From the IMG/VR virus record IMGVR_UViG_3300029171_000001: a stretch of DNA of 64,000 nt. One strand, given 5' to 3'. The first letter of the stretch is position 1; each line of letters opens with the position of its first letter. The notes beneath the pieces were generated by a model. It made no database searches and was not told the origin of the DNA. It worked only from the letters and a program-made list of their open reading frames with translations. The translations under genes were made by a program, and so were the position numbers. Below are positions 42,183-51,424 of the stretch, in pieces. The DNA comes from a virus.

Positions 42183-42542
42183 ATGAAAAAACTATTCTTC
42201 GGTTGGACAAATTTTAAATGGCTTTGCAAGGAATTACTTGCAATGTATAGTAATGAACCGAGCTATTTTAGTAAAAAAAGATTTGAGAGCTCCGTTGCTT
42301 TTGTTACCGCTATGGCCATTATCATTACACATGTGTATCATGATAGAATGACAATTACCAACTCGGAGATATTAGCTGATGCTACTTTACTGTTTTTAAT
42401 AGCTGGATACACCGTTAATCAAATTCAAAAAGAAAAAACTGGTGTTGAAGTTAATGGTGAAAAAACTACAACGGTAGAAAAACAAACTGAAAAGACTAAA
42501 AATAAACCAGAAGACTTTTCAAAAGATGAAGATGCTGTTTAA
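42183..42542 (+). CDS. two-TM membrane protein (holin-like topology)
   Basis: Two hydrophobic helices, charged tail. Confidence 0.55.
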   Translation: MKKLFFGWTNFKWLCKELLAMYSNEPSYFSKKRFESSVAFVTAMAIIITHVYHDRMTITNSEILADATLLFLIAGYTVNQIQKEKTGVEVNGEKTTTVEKQTEKTKNKPEDFSKDEDAV

Positions 42543-42560
42543 TTTTAAAACAATAAAAAA

Positions 42561-43139
42561 ATGTTAGAAATCACAAATTGCCCGAATTCAGGCCTTGTTA
42601 GAAAATTAGATTACCAATTTTTTTGGTTAAAACTTAATAAAAAAATAATAATCCAATGTCATGTGTCCCACTACAAAAGGGATCAAAGCCTATACGAAGC
42701 ATACCAAGTTGCTTTATCTGCTTACACACAAAATCCATCTGGGGCAACAGTGCCAGTTGAAAATTATGACACCAAGGTAGAAAATTTAGCCATACAAACA
42801 TTTATAAAAGAGTTAGTTGCTAGCGACACGTTTGTTAATCCCACGACTGGTGCAATATTAACACAAGAACAATATACAGATTATTATAACTCCGTAAGTG
42901 CATATCAAACTTATGAGTCAAACTATGCTCAATTCGAAATTCAAACAGTTAATTATAATACTTATCTAACAAATTTAGCCACTTATCAATCAGATTTAGC
43001 TGCATATCAAATAGCTTATAGCGCTTGGACTGCGAACACTGGAAGCACAATGCCTATTCCACCTATAGAGCCCTTAGTGGTTGAAGAGCCAATTGAGCCA
43101 ATTGAGCCCCCCTATTCCAGGTCCTGCGCCAATACATGA
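42561..43139 (+). CDS. hypothetical protein (probably continues to 43232 across a C6 run)
   Basis: Tyr/Gln-rich helix and PIEP repeats; alternative frame gives PIPGPAPIHEYDF... Confidence 0.7.
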   Translation: MLEITNCPNSGLVRKLDYQFFWLKLNKKIIIQCHVSHYKRDQSLYEAYQVALSAYTQNPSGATVPVENYDTKVENLAIQTFIKELVASDTFVNPTTGAILTQEQYTDYYNSVSAYQTYESNYAQFEIQTVNYNTYLTNLATYQSDLAAYQIAYSAWTANTGSTMPIPPIEPLVVEEPIEPIEPPYSRSCANT

Positions 43140-43234
43140 ATACGATTTTTATACAACCGTGCTGGGTGTCACTCCAATTATTTTACCAAATTTAATAGAA
43201 GATATTATAAGAGCAAGAGATTTGGAGGGCAAAT

Positions 43235-44047
43235 TTAACACTTAATAAACGATCTCTTTTTAAGGTTGTTTGAAGCTATGTATGCAAGCAACATATATAC
43301 ACACAACAAAAACATAGAAGTAGATTGTATATATAGTGTCGGTGTTAAATAAATAACATCAGATGTCGGCTTCATTAAAACATAATCATAAAGACCGTGA
43401 GCTAAACTGGCTGTGATTATACCAAAAATATTTAACACAACTTTGGTAGCCAAATTTTGGCCTTTAGCAAGTGCTATAAAATACCCCATGAACACACCAG
43501 AAACCATGTGCATTAACACAGCTGTAAATGTCCTAATAAACAATACCTCTTTTGGTGTAACAAAAAAACCAAACTCACCACGCATTGTTCTATAAGTATA
43601 ATCAATACTTTCCATTATTGCAAACGCACCAGATACCAATGCGCAATAAAACATAATTGCATATGGACTATCTAAATCTTTTCTTCTTTTACCCCTACTA
43701 TAATCATTTAATTTTAACGCAACAAATTTACACATCTCCTCAAATAATGCGACCTGCACAAACGCATAAAACATCACTGTGGCCATAGTTTTTAGATACA
43801 CATCCACTAATACGCCATTTATATATGACCTGCCAATGTAAATATTAAACATGTCGCTCCTTATGTTCGGGAATAAAAGAAATACAAAAGACAATATTGT
43901 TGTAGACAAAAGCCCAGTATACAAGTATGTGATACTTGGTTTCTTTTTAATTGAATCTTTTGGGCCGTGAAAATAAATAATTAATGAGTACAATATCGCT
44001 GGCATTATACACATTAAGAATACAATTAGATTTATGCCATTAAACAT
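43235..44047 (-). CDS. prsW: PrsW-family intramembrane metalloprotease
   Basis: ALFEEMCK, FAIMES, HMVSG, HGLYD across multiple TM helices. Confidence 0.82.
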   Translation of the reverse strand: MFNGINLIVFLMCIMPAILYSLIIYFHGPKDSIKKKPSITYLYTGLLSTTILSFVFLLFPNIRSDMFNIYIGRSYINGVLVDVYLKTMATVMFYAFVQVALFEEMCKFVALKLNDYSRGKRRKDLDSPYAIMFYCALVSGAFAIMESIDYTYRTMRGEFGFFVTPKEVLFIRTFTAVLMHMVSGVFMGYFIALAKGQNLATKVVLNIFGIITASLAHGLYDYVLMKPTSDVIYLTPTLYIQSTSMFLLCVYMLLAYIASNNLKKRSFIKC

Positions 44048-44286
44048 TACTTTATGAACTTTTTAAGTTGTGATTTAAAAGCTTGTTTAATAACATTGTC
44101 CAAATCATCTGGAACCTTATTTTTACTTTCAAGATCAGTGCCTTTTTTCCAGGCTTCACTTGGTTCATCTTCAGAGGATACTTCACAATAATAATCTAGA
44201 ATTGTGTTGATTAAAAAATTAAGTGCATAAACTTCAGAATCTTTTACTTCGCTGTCCAATACTTTGGTTTTGATTTCTTCTTCCAT
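44047..44286 (-). CDS. hypothetical protein
   Basis: 79-aa acidic ORF. Confidence 0.65.
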   Translation of the reverse strand: MEEEIKTKVLDSEVKDSEVYALNFLINTILDYYCEVSSEDEPSEAWKKGTDLESKNKVPDDLDNVIKQAFKSQLKKFIK

Positions 44287-44364
44287 TTTCGAGTGTTTAT
44301 TATAAATATGGGTCTTTTTTCCATAATAACTGAGTTTATAAATTTTAAAAATTATTTATTGAAT

Positions 44365-44715
44365 ATGGATATAATTAAACACCTGGCTCAATCCAGCAAT
44401 AGAGACATAATCATATCACTTCCAAAAAACAAAACCTGGATAGAATATTTGGCGCATTTTGTTGAATTACAGTCAACTAATGGTGTGATTAAGATATTAT
44501 TACACGAAGTTCCTAAGACAGCTTCTGGAAACAAATGTTACGTGGTTTTTGACGGTTTTTTAAGGGGGTGGTTGCCTATTTATAGACTCACAGAGACATA
44601 CAGCAGTGAAATATGTATAGAATTACTCCCAATGATCAATTTAAGTCAACAAAAAGCTCCTATGGTAGAAATAGATGGATTTAAATATTACTTCGATAAT
44701 TTTGAAATGCAATAA
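44365..44715 (+). CDS. hypothetical protein
   Basis: Start re-set to MDIIKH after TATTTATT. Confidence 0.65.
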   Translation: MDIIKHLAQSSNRDIIISLPKNKTWIEYLAHFVELQSTNGVIKILLHEVPKTASGNKCYVVFDGFLRGWLPIYRLTETYSSEICIELLPMINLSQQKAPMVEIDGFKYYFDNFEMQ

Positions 44716-44735
44716 ATATAGTTTATGTTTTAAAT

Positions 44736-45074
44736 GTGAAATACGTCTATTTAATACAACTTGAAAACACGGATATCTACAAGATTGGATACACTAAAAA
44801 TGCGCCTAAGATTCGATTAAAATCACTTCAAACGGCAAGTCCTTATAAACTAGTTTTAGTAGAAGAATTTTTAAGTAAATGGGCCACCAAATTAGAGGGT
44901 ACACTTCACAGAACACTGAAAAGCTACAAAATAGATGAGAATGAATATAAGCTTCAAGGTGAGTTTTTTAAACTAGACCATAAAACCAGAAGTTCATTTA
45001 TTGAAATGTGTGAAAAAATTGAAAACAATTTTGACACCATATCTAAACACAGTACTTTAAAAAAACCATTTTAA
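44736..45074 (+). CDS. GIY-YIG superfamily (T5orf172-like) nuclease
   Basis: YVYLI...YKIGYT...RLKSLQT, GEFF. Confidence 0.85.
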   Translation: MKYVYLIQLENTDIYKIGYTKNAPKIRLKSLQTASPYKLVLVEEFLSKWATKLEGTLHRTLKSYKIDENEYKLQGEFFKLDHKTRSSFIEMCEKIENNFDTISKHSTLKKPF

Positions 45075-45622
45075 TCCCTCAAGGGAATCTCGCTGCTTTT
45101 CAACACATAACTCAACTCTTCAAAAAAACAAGTTAATACATCAAGAAATGTAAACTTGGTTCTTAGTGAAAGCTCAACATCTTTATGTTTTAGTTTTATT
45201 TTATCATCAATTACAATTGGTAGCTCGCTCAATTTTTCAAATCCATCTTCGCCCTCCTCGCACTCAACAAATTCAACCTCTGGTAATACATATAAAAAAT
45301 CAGTATCTTCTTCTAAAAACTCATCGCTTTCCACCTTAAAAGATTTGTATAGTTTTAAACACTTGTATTTTTTATCAAGTTTTGATGTTGATGTGAAGGC
45401 TCTGACTGACTCATACTCTTCTGAAAAATATCCAGCTATAAATTTTTTCAAACCATATACAGAGTGCATAAACTCTTCCACTGTAACACCCTCATCAATA
45501 TTTATATAAAAACCCAACAACTGCATTAGGTAAGTATTTATATCATCTACTCCGTCAGTGGTTACCAAGTTTTCACTTAAATAAAGATTTCCGTTTTTGG
45601 TTATTTTTAAAAGATCGCTCAT
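45071..45622 (-). CDS. hypothetical protein
   Basis: 183-aa acidic ORF. Confidence 0.75.
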   Translation of the reverse strand: MSDLLKITKNGNLYLSENLVTTDGVDDINTYLMQLLGFYINIDEGVTVEEFMHSVYGLKKFIAGYFSEEYESVRAFTSTSKLDKKYKCLKLYKSFKVESDEFLEEDTDFLYVLPEVEFVECEEGEDGFEKLSELPIVIDDKIKLKHKDVELSLRTKFTFLDVLTCFFEELSYVLKSSEIPLRD

Positions 45623-47643
45623 TTAACTACAATTATGTTTTCTTTTTCATCGTATCTTAACTTAATAGTTGCCCCAGGCTTAACTTTTTTTGACAACAAA
45701 TATTTAGCTATTGGTGTTTCTATGTGAGTCATAATTGTTCTCTTAAGTGGTCTTGCGCCGTAATCTTTATCATAACCATTGTCAGCGATAAATTTTTTAA
45801 CAGCATGATCCACATTAATCTTATACCCTTTTTGTTCAACCCTTTCAAGAGTTTTGTTTAGTTCTATTTCAACAATTTTTATGATATCTGCTTCTGATAA
45901 AACGTTAAAAACTATCTTTTCATCAATCCTGTTTATAAGTTCTGGTTTAAACACTTTCTTAAGTTCTGCCATTACTTTATCATTTATATTTTCAGCTTTA
46001 GCTTGAGAAGAAAGAGATCCAAAACCAAGAGCTCTATCTGATACAATTTTTTCTGTACCAATATTTGATGTCATGATTATTATAGCATTTTTAAAGTTTA
46101 CTTCTTTGCCATGGGAATCAGTCAATCTTCCGTCATCAAAAATTTGAAGAAGTATGTTAAAAATATCTGGGTGCGCTTTTTCTATTTCATCAAATAACAA
46201 AATGCAGTAAGGCCTATTTTTAACTCTCTCTGTGAGTTGCCCCTTATCTTCATGTCCAACATAACCTGGGGGTGAACCTATTAATTTGTTTACAGAAAAC
46301 TTTTCACCATATTCAGACATATCAAATCTAATAAAAGAGTCATCTGTGTCAAACATATATTTAGATAAAACTTTTGCGAGTTGTGTTTTACCAACACCAG
46401 TTGCACCAAGAAACAAAAACGAAATTGGTTTATTTGGATCCTGAATACCAAGACGAGATCTTTGTATTGCATCTGTTATTTTGCTTACTGCGCCATCTTG
46501 ACCTATTACTCTACTTTTAAGGTAATCATCAAGTTGTAGCAACTTTTCGTTTTCACTATCGGTTAACTTATTTAAAGGTATTCCTATTTGTTTTGCTACA
46601 ATTCCAGCTACATCTTCTAATTTAACTGGTATTTTAGTTTGTTTGTTTTTTTTCTGCCAACTTATGTTTTCTTCCTCAATTTGAATTGTGAGATCTCTGA
46701 CCATATCTCTATACTTTGCAGCACCTTCGTAATCTTGCAAACTAGCAGCTTCCCTCTTTTTATTTTCTGCTTCTTTTAATGCTGCTTCCAATTTTTTTAT
46801 TTCTTCTGATACAACAGTGTTGCTTAATTTTACACGTGATCCAACCTCGTCTAATAAATCAATAGCTTTATCTGGAAAATTTCTATAAGTAATATATCTA
46901 TCTGAAAGTTCAACACATTTATCAATAATTTCATCAGAATAAATTACGCCATGATAATCTTCATACTTCCCCCTGATTTGTTTAAGTATTTCTATTGTTT
47001 CCTCTTTGCTCGGAACTTTAATATACACCTTTTGAAATCTTCTGTCAAGAGCACTATCATTCTCAATAACTTTTTTGTATTCATCGGTTGTGGTAGCACC
47101 TATACATCTCATCTCACCCCTTGATAGAGCTGGCTTAATAATGTTTGCTGCATCCATTGTTCCAGAAGCACCACCTGCGCCTATAACATTATGAATTTCG
47201 TCTATGAAAATAATAACATCTGGATTTTTTTGAATCTCTTTTATTATTTCTTCCATTCTCTGCTCAAACTCACCTCTATACTTTGTACCAGATACTACGG
47301 AGGTCATATTTAATTCAACTATCCTTTTATTAAACAACCATCTATCCACCTGTTTATTAAATATCCTGATAGCTAAACCTTCTACAATAGCTGTTTTACC
47401 CGCACCAGGTGCACCAACTAAAATAGGATTATTCTTTTTTCTCTTGTTTAATATCTGTATTGTTTGATCAATTTCTTCATCTCTTCCTATTACAGCATCA
47501 AGCTTTCCAAGAGAAGCTAACTTTGTAAGATCTTTGCCAAAATTATCAAGAACTGGTGTTGTAGATTTACTTTTACTTTTTAGTTTATCCAATCTTTGGC
47601 TGTCGTCTTCTTCTTCGTTAAAGGCTTTGTTTTTGTTGTCCAT
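45619..47643 (-). CDS. clpC: ClpC-type AAA+ ATPase lacking the Clp-N domain
   Basis: GAPGAGKT, IFIDE, UVR-like helix, GATGVGKT, LGF loop. Confidence 0.92.
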   Translation of the reverse strand: MDNKNKAFNEEEDDSQRLDKLKSKSKSTTPVLDNFGKDLTKLASLGKLDAVIGRDEEIDQTIQILNKRKKNNPILVGAPGAGKTAIVEGLAIRIFNKQVDRWLFNKRIVELNMTSVVSGTKYRGEFEQRMEEIIKEIQKNPDVIIFIDEIHNVIGAGGASGTMDAANIIKPALSRGEMRCIGATTTDEYKKVIENDSALDRRFQKVYIKVPSKEETIEILKQIRGKYEDYHGVIYSDEIIDKCVELSDRYITYRNFPDKAIDLLDEVGSRVKLSNTVVSEEIKKLEAALKEAENKKREAASLQDYEGAAKYRDMVRDLTIQIEEENISWQKKNKQTKIPVKLEDVAGIVAKQIGIPLNKLTDSENEKLLQLDDYLKSRVIGQDGAVSKITDAIQRSRLGIQDPNKPISFLFLGATGVGKTQLAKVLSKYMFDTDDSFIRFDMSEYGEKFSVNKLIGSPPGYVGHEDKGQLTERVKNRPYCILLFDEIEKAHPDIFNILLQIFDDGRLTDSHGKEVNFKNAIIIMTSNIGTEKIVSDRALGFGSLSSQAKAENINDKVMAELKKVFKPELINRIDEKIVFNVLSEADIIKIVEIELNKTLERVEQKGYKINVDHAVKKFIADNGYDKDYGARPLKRTIMTHIETPIAKYLLSKKVKPGATIKLRYDEKENIIVVK

Positions 47644-47659
47644 ACTTTTTGTTTTATGT

Positions 47660-47866
47660 TTATATTTTTTTAGGAGCTAATTCAATAAAATAAATGTTGT
47701 TGTTACTTTTGTCAGCGGCAATAGAAAGAACATCGTATTTGTGTGCTCCGTGTATGTTTCTAATTTCATCCCACAAAGCATCAAAACCCATCTTCTCTAT
47801 TTCCTTAGAAGTCACGGAATAGACTATTTTTTCCAATGTCTCCTGTATCAACTCCATAACATGCAT
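47660..47866 (-). CDS. hypothetical protein
   Basis: 68-aa ORF. Confidence 0.6.
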   Translation of the reverse strand: MHVMELIQETLEKIVYSVTSKEIEKMGFDALWDEIRNIHGAHKYDVLSIAADKSNNNIYFIELAPKKI

Positions 47867-47967
47867 TTATTTACATAAATAATAGCATAAAATTTTGAAA
47901 TAACCAAGAGTAATAATAAAAAAACCCAACCTACAATAGGCTGGGTTTTTCAGTTGGTTTAAGGAGA

Positions 47968-48870
47968 TTAAAAACTGTATTTTTTATCTAAAGAATCAAT
48001 CAGTCTAATAACTGATATGTTAACTTCAAGTTCTGAAAGTTTTTGCAAACTTATTTTTTTAACACCTTCGTTTAATTCAAATTTAATTTCTTTGAATTTT
48101 GGGTGTTTTCTATTAATACTTGATATGAAACTTGTAATAGCCCCAGCAACACAAGAGTTTAAATTGACCACAACACCCCTTTCTTCCCATTCTTGTTTTG
48201 TGTAGAAAACAACAACCTCGTCAGTATTTACAAATTCATAATATAAAGTAGAAGTGCTGTTGTCACGATTTTTAGTGGTTTCAAGCAAGCGAGTATTTTT
48301 CTTTTTATCATAAACCATGTGTATATGACAATCAGCAAGGTGTTTAATTTCATTTACCCCAGAAAAATCACCATCTTTTTTTACCATACCAATCAATATA
48401 GCAACACCACCAGTTTCATTTTTCCACTTTCTTAACTCGTTAAGTACTCTTAATTGAGCCTTATCTGTTCCTAGACCTTCGCTCAAAACAAAGTCATTAG
48501 CAGCTGTTTGTAAGGAGTCAACGATAATGAATTTGTAGCCACGTTTTCTGATCTCTGACATAAAATCAAGAAAATGAGGATATTCAGTTTCATCGGTGAT
48601 ATAGGCATTATCGTGATTAATCACAATACGTCTTGTTTGTTTAGCGGCAGATTGACTAGATGTCTCCCTTTCATATAATGCACTTGGAGTGTTTCTAAGC
48701 ACTTTTTGAATTAGTTTAGCAAGAGTTGTTTTACCAGCACCTGATGTACCAGTTAAAAAAACAACTGAGCTTTGAAACCCTTTATCGACAGAAAGAATAT
48801 CATCTAATCTTTCAATACCAGTAGTAAGTCCTGGGGTTGGTTTTACGTCGATTGTGCTGTAGTTTTTCAT
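47968..48870 (-). CDS. RadA/Sms-like RecA-fold ATPase
   Basis: TGIERLD, GTSGAGKT, IVDSLQT, KHLADC. Confidence 0.8.
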   Translation of the reverse strand: MKNYSTIDVKPTPGLTTGIERLDDILSVDKGFQSSVVFLTGTSGAGKTTLAKLIQKVLRNTPSALYERETSSQSAAKQTRRIVINHDNAYITDETEYPHFLDFMSEIRKRGYKFIIVDSLQTAANDFVLSEGLGTDKAQLRVLNELRKWKNETGGVAILIGMVKKDGDFSGVNEIKHLADCHIHMVYDKKKNTRLLETTKNRDNSTSTLYYEFVNTDEVVVFYTKQEWEERGVVVNLNSCVAGAITSFISSINRKHPKFKEIKFELNEGVKKISLQKLSELEVNISVIRLIDSLDKKYSF

Positions 48871-48926
48871 TTTCCTTTTGTTTTACAACTTATTATACGT
48901 AACAAGTCAGCAAAAGGTTGCAATTT

Positions 48927-50288
48927 TTAACAAAGTGGTGCAATTATTTTTTTAGATGACTCATAATCCTTCAAAATAAAGGCCTTTTTCTTTGTTTTTA
49001 GCTTTGTCATATCTGTGATTTTAAACAAATTGCAAATTGTTAAAAAATCAGTAACCTGCTTTTCTGTAGCAGATAACCCAGAATCATGAATTGCAGAAAT
49101 AAATGTTTTATAGTCTGGCATAACGTCACCAACACTAACAAACCCATTCTTAAACAACACATCAAGAAAACTCATATAACTTGCATCTTTTAGAGTTACA
49201 CCTTGAGATTTTAGAGAGTCCAGTATATCTTGTTTTGCCTTATCCACTTCTTCTTGCTTAACCAATTCAAATTCCCCATCTTGGTTTGCAATATAATTTA
49301 TCACGTCTTTTTGAACCTCGCTTGGTTCTTTTTCAATAAACTCAGGTTCTGTTTCTTGGCGCACCACTTCTTCATCTACCATTTCATTTGTTCCCTCAGT
49401 TGTTCCCTCAATTGCACCATCAGTTGCACCATCAGTTGCGCCATCATTTACACCATCATTTTTTTCTTCATAGGAGCCTTTTCTTTTACCAAGCTCCTTT
49501 TCAATAGAAATATTTGTTGCTATAATTAAAAGCACAGCAAGAGGATCAAACACAAATATGAGTAATAATATAAAAAAGTTTACGACTTGATCCATGTCTC
49601 TTCCAGTAAGCTTTGCAATATATTTCAAAGGTCCAACATCACCAGCAACATCATTGTTACCCAATTCAAGAACCTCCATATCCATCGCAGTTGTTTCGGC
49701 GTATTTTCTTTGTACCCTGGCGTTCAACGAATCAATTTCAATATTCACACTTACTATCTCTTTGTTTGCTTGTTCAATTTGTGATTCAACTCTTTTCGCA
49801 ACACCAATTTGTCTTCTGTTATATAAACTATCAAGTCTTGACTCCTGTTGAGTTCTAAGAGTTGTTAAAGATTTTACACGTTGGGATTTTAAATCTTTTG
49901 TTTCTTCGAGCCTTTTTATTTCTGATAAAACAATTGTTTTTTTCTGCTCAACCATTTTAGACTGAGCTTCTATGTTTTGCAATTTACCAGATGTAGTTGA
50001 ATATGCGTTAGACAAAAAACCATATATACCAGCACTTGTGATAATCATCACAATGGCAACACCTATTACTAACGGGGTTTTAATTTTTAATTGCAGGGAC
50101 TTCCAATATCTGTGCAAAAATGATGTGGTAATTATTTTTGCAAACTCCAAAGCTGAAGCCATTATAATTACTTCTGTTTTTGCTCCACCAAATAATTTTG
50201 AGAGACCTGTGACAGAAAAAAATGCTGCTGCCCCAGCTAAAGACAATGCTGATAATGCTACTAAAAATGGAAATATGTATTTCTTCAT
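48927..50288 (-). CDS. membrane-anchored coiled-coil protein
   Basis: Three N-terminal TM helices, coiled coil, IFVFDPLA. Confidence 0.75.
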   Translation of the reverse strand: MKKYIFPFLVALSALSLAGAAAFFSVTGLSKLFGGAKTEVIIMASALEFAKIITTSFLHRYWKSLQLKIKTPLVIGVAIVMIITSAGIYGFLSNAYSTTSGKLQNIEAQSKMVEQKKTIVLSEIKRLEETKDLKSQRVKSLTTLRTQQESRLDSLYNRRQIGVAKRVESQIEQANKEIVSVNIEIDSLNARVQRKYAETTAMDMEVLELGNNDVAGDVGPLKYIAKLTGRDMDQVVNFFILLLIFVFDPLAVLLIIATNISIEKELGKRKGSYEEKNDGVNDGATDGATDGAIEGTTEGTNEMVDEEVVRQETEPEFIEKEPSEVQKDVINYIANQDGEFELVKQEEVDKAKQDILDSLKSQGVTLKDASYMSFLDVLFKNGFVSVGDVMPDYKTFISAIHDSGLSATEKQVTDFLTICNLFKITDMTKLKTKKKAFILKDYESSKKIIAPLC

Positions 50289-50324
50289 GGTTTAAAAGAT
50301 AATATTTTTTTTGCAAAAAAACAA

Positions 50325-50756
50325 TTACTTTTCGCCAGGCTGTAAATCTGTGTGTGTGTTGTCTCCGATTTTATGAGCTCTTTTAAAATCGGCTATCATA
50401 GTTTTCAAAAAAGAGGTTGGTCTCCCTTGGGTTTCGTTGTTAGGTTTCAAATCTGCAAGATGTCTCTTTGTCCACTTATTTACTTCTCCCTCTGGTGTGA
50501 TATAATCTTCATAATTATGATACCATATACCATCATACCAAACATAAAGTGGATGTACTTCTCCATAAGAATATGCCACATACATTAAACCTAGATCACC
50601 TAAATCTTCGCCATATGTATGAGAACCAACAAAATTTCTACGATTTGCAACATCTTCAGCGGCCTGCTTATTCGTAATTCTTTCCTCATCTAAGTAAGCC
50701 TCCATAGGAATTTCACTCAATGATTCTATTATTATTTTTCTGATAAGCTCACTCAT
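50325..50756 (-). CDS. hypothetical protein
   Basis: 143-aa ORF. Confidence 0.75.
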   Translation of the reverse strand: MSELIRKIIIESLSEIPMEAYLDEERITNKQAAEDVANRRNFVGSHTYGEDLGDLGLMYVAYSYGEVHPLYVWYDGIWYHNYEDYITPEGEVNKWTKRHLADLKPNNETQGRPTSFLKTMIADFKRAHKIGDNTHTDLQPGEK

Positions 50757-50845
50757 TCAAATTCGTTTTAAATAAATATCCTGAAAAACAAAAAAACCCC
50801 AAGATAATAATCACGGGGCTTTTAATTGTGTTTTAGATAAACCTT

Positions 50846-51316
50846 TTAGAAAGGTAAGTCTTCGTTTACTGGCTCAGAGAAAGTGGCATTACCGTTTGTG
50901 TAAGCGGTTGCTTGCTGCGCAGCTTGAGCTACTGGGTTACTTCCAGCTGCAGAGTTAGAAGCTGGTGAGCTTGATGAAGTAGCTGGTGTTCCTTTTGGAA
51001 ATAAAGTGATTTCATCAGCTTTTATTTTTGTCCAATAAGTTGTTTTTCCATCTTTTTCACTTTTGTCATAACAAATAGGGCCCTCAACATAAACTAGGGT
51101 GCCTTTTTTAATGAATTCTGCTGCAAATTTAGATTTTGCGTTCCAAACTTCAATCCTGTGCCACTCTGTTTTTGTTTGCTTGTTACCATCTTTGTCTTTG
51201 TAGGACGAGTTTGTCGCTAAACTAAAAGTTGTCACTTGATTGTTCTCTTGGAACACTGTTGTTTTTGGGTCTTCCCCTACTGATCCAACTAGGATCGCTT
51301 TGTTTACTCCGTTCAT
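50846..51316 (-). CDS. ssb: single-stranded DNA-binding protein
   Basis: VNKAILVG, TEWHRI, VYVEG, acidic DLPF tail. Confidence 0.95.
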   Translation of the reverse strand: MNGVNKAILVGSVGEDPKTTVFQENNQVTTFSLATNSSYKDKDGNKQTKTEWHRIEVWNAKSKFAAEFIKKGTLVYVEGPICYDKSEKDGKTTYWTKIKADEITLFPKGTPATSSSSPASNSAAGSNPVAQAAQQATAYTNGNATFSEPVNEDLPF

Positions 51317-51424
51317 AATAGTGTAATTTTAATTGTTTATAATACAGTAAAGATACAACATTTTAAACACAAAATCAAGTTTTTTTTGCTATTTATTAAC
51401 AAAACCTAGACAAAACTAGATATT

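Noticed and set aside
43107-43112. Programmed +1 frameshift at a C6 run extending the 42561 ORF to 43232
   Set aside because: The extension looks real, but with similar one-base shifts at 8159 and near 2655 a homopolymer assembly error is at least as likely; reads are needed
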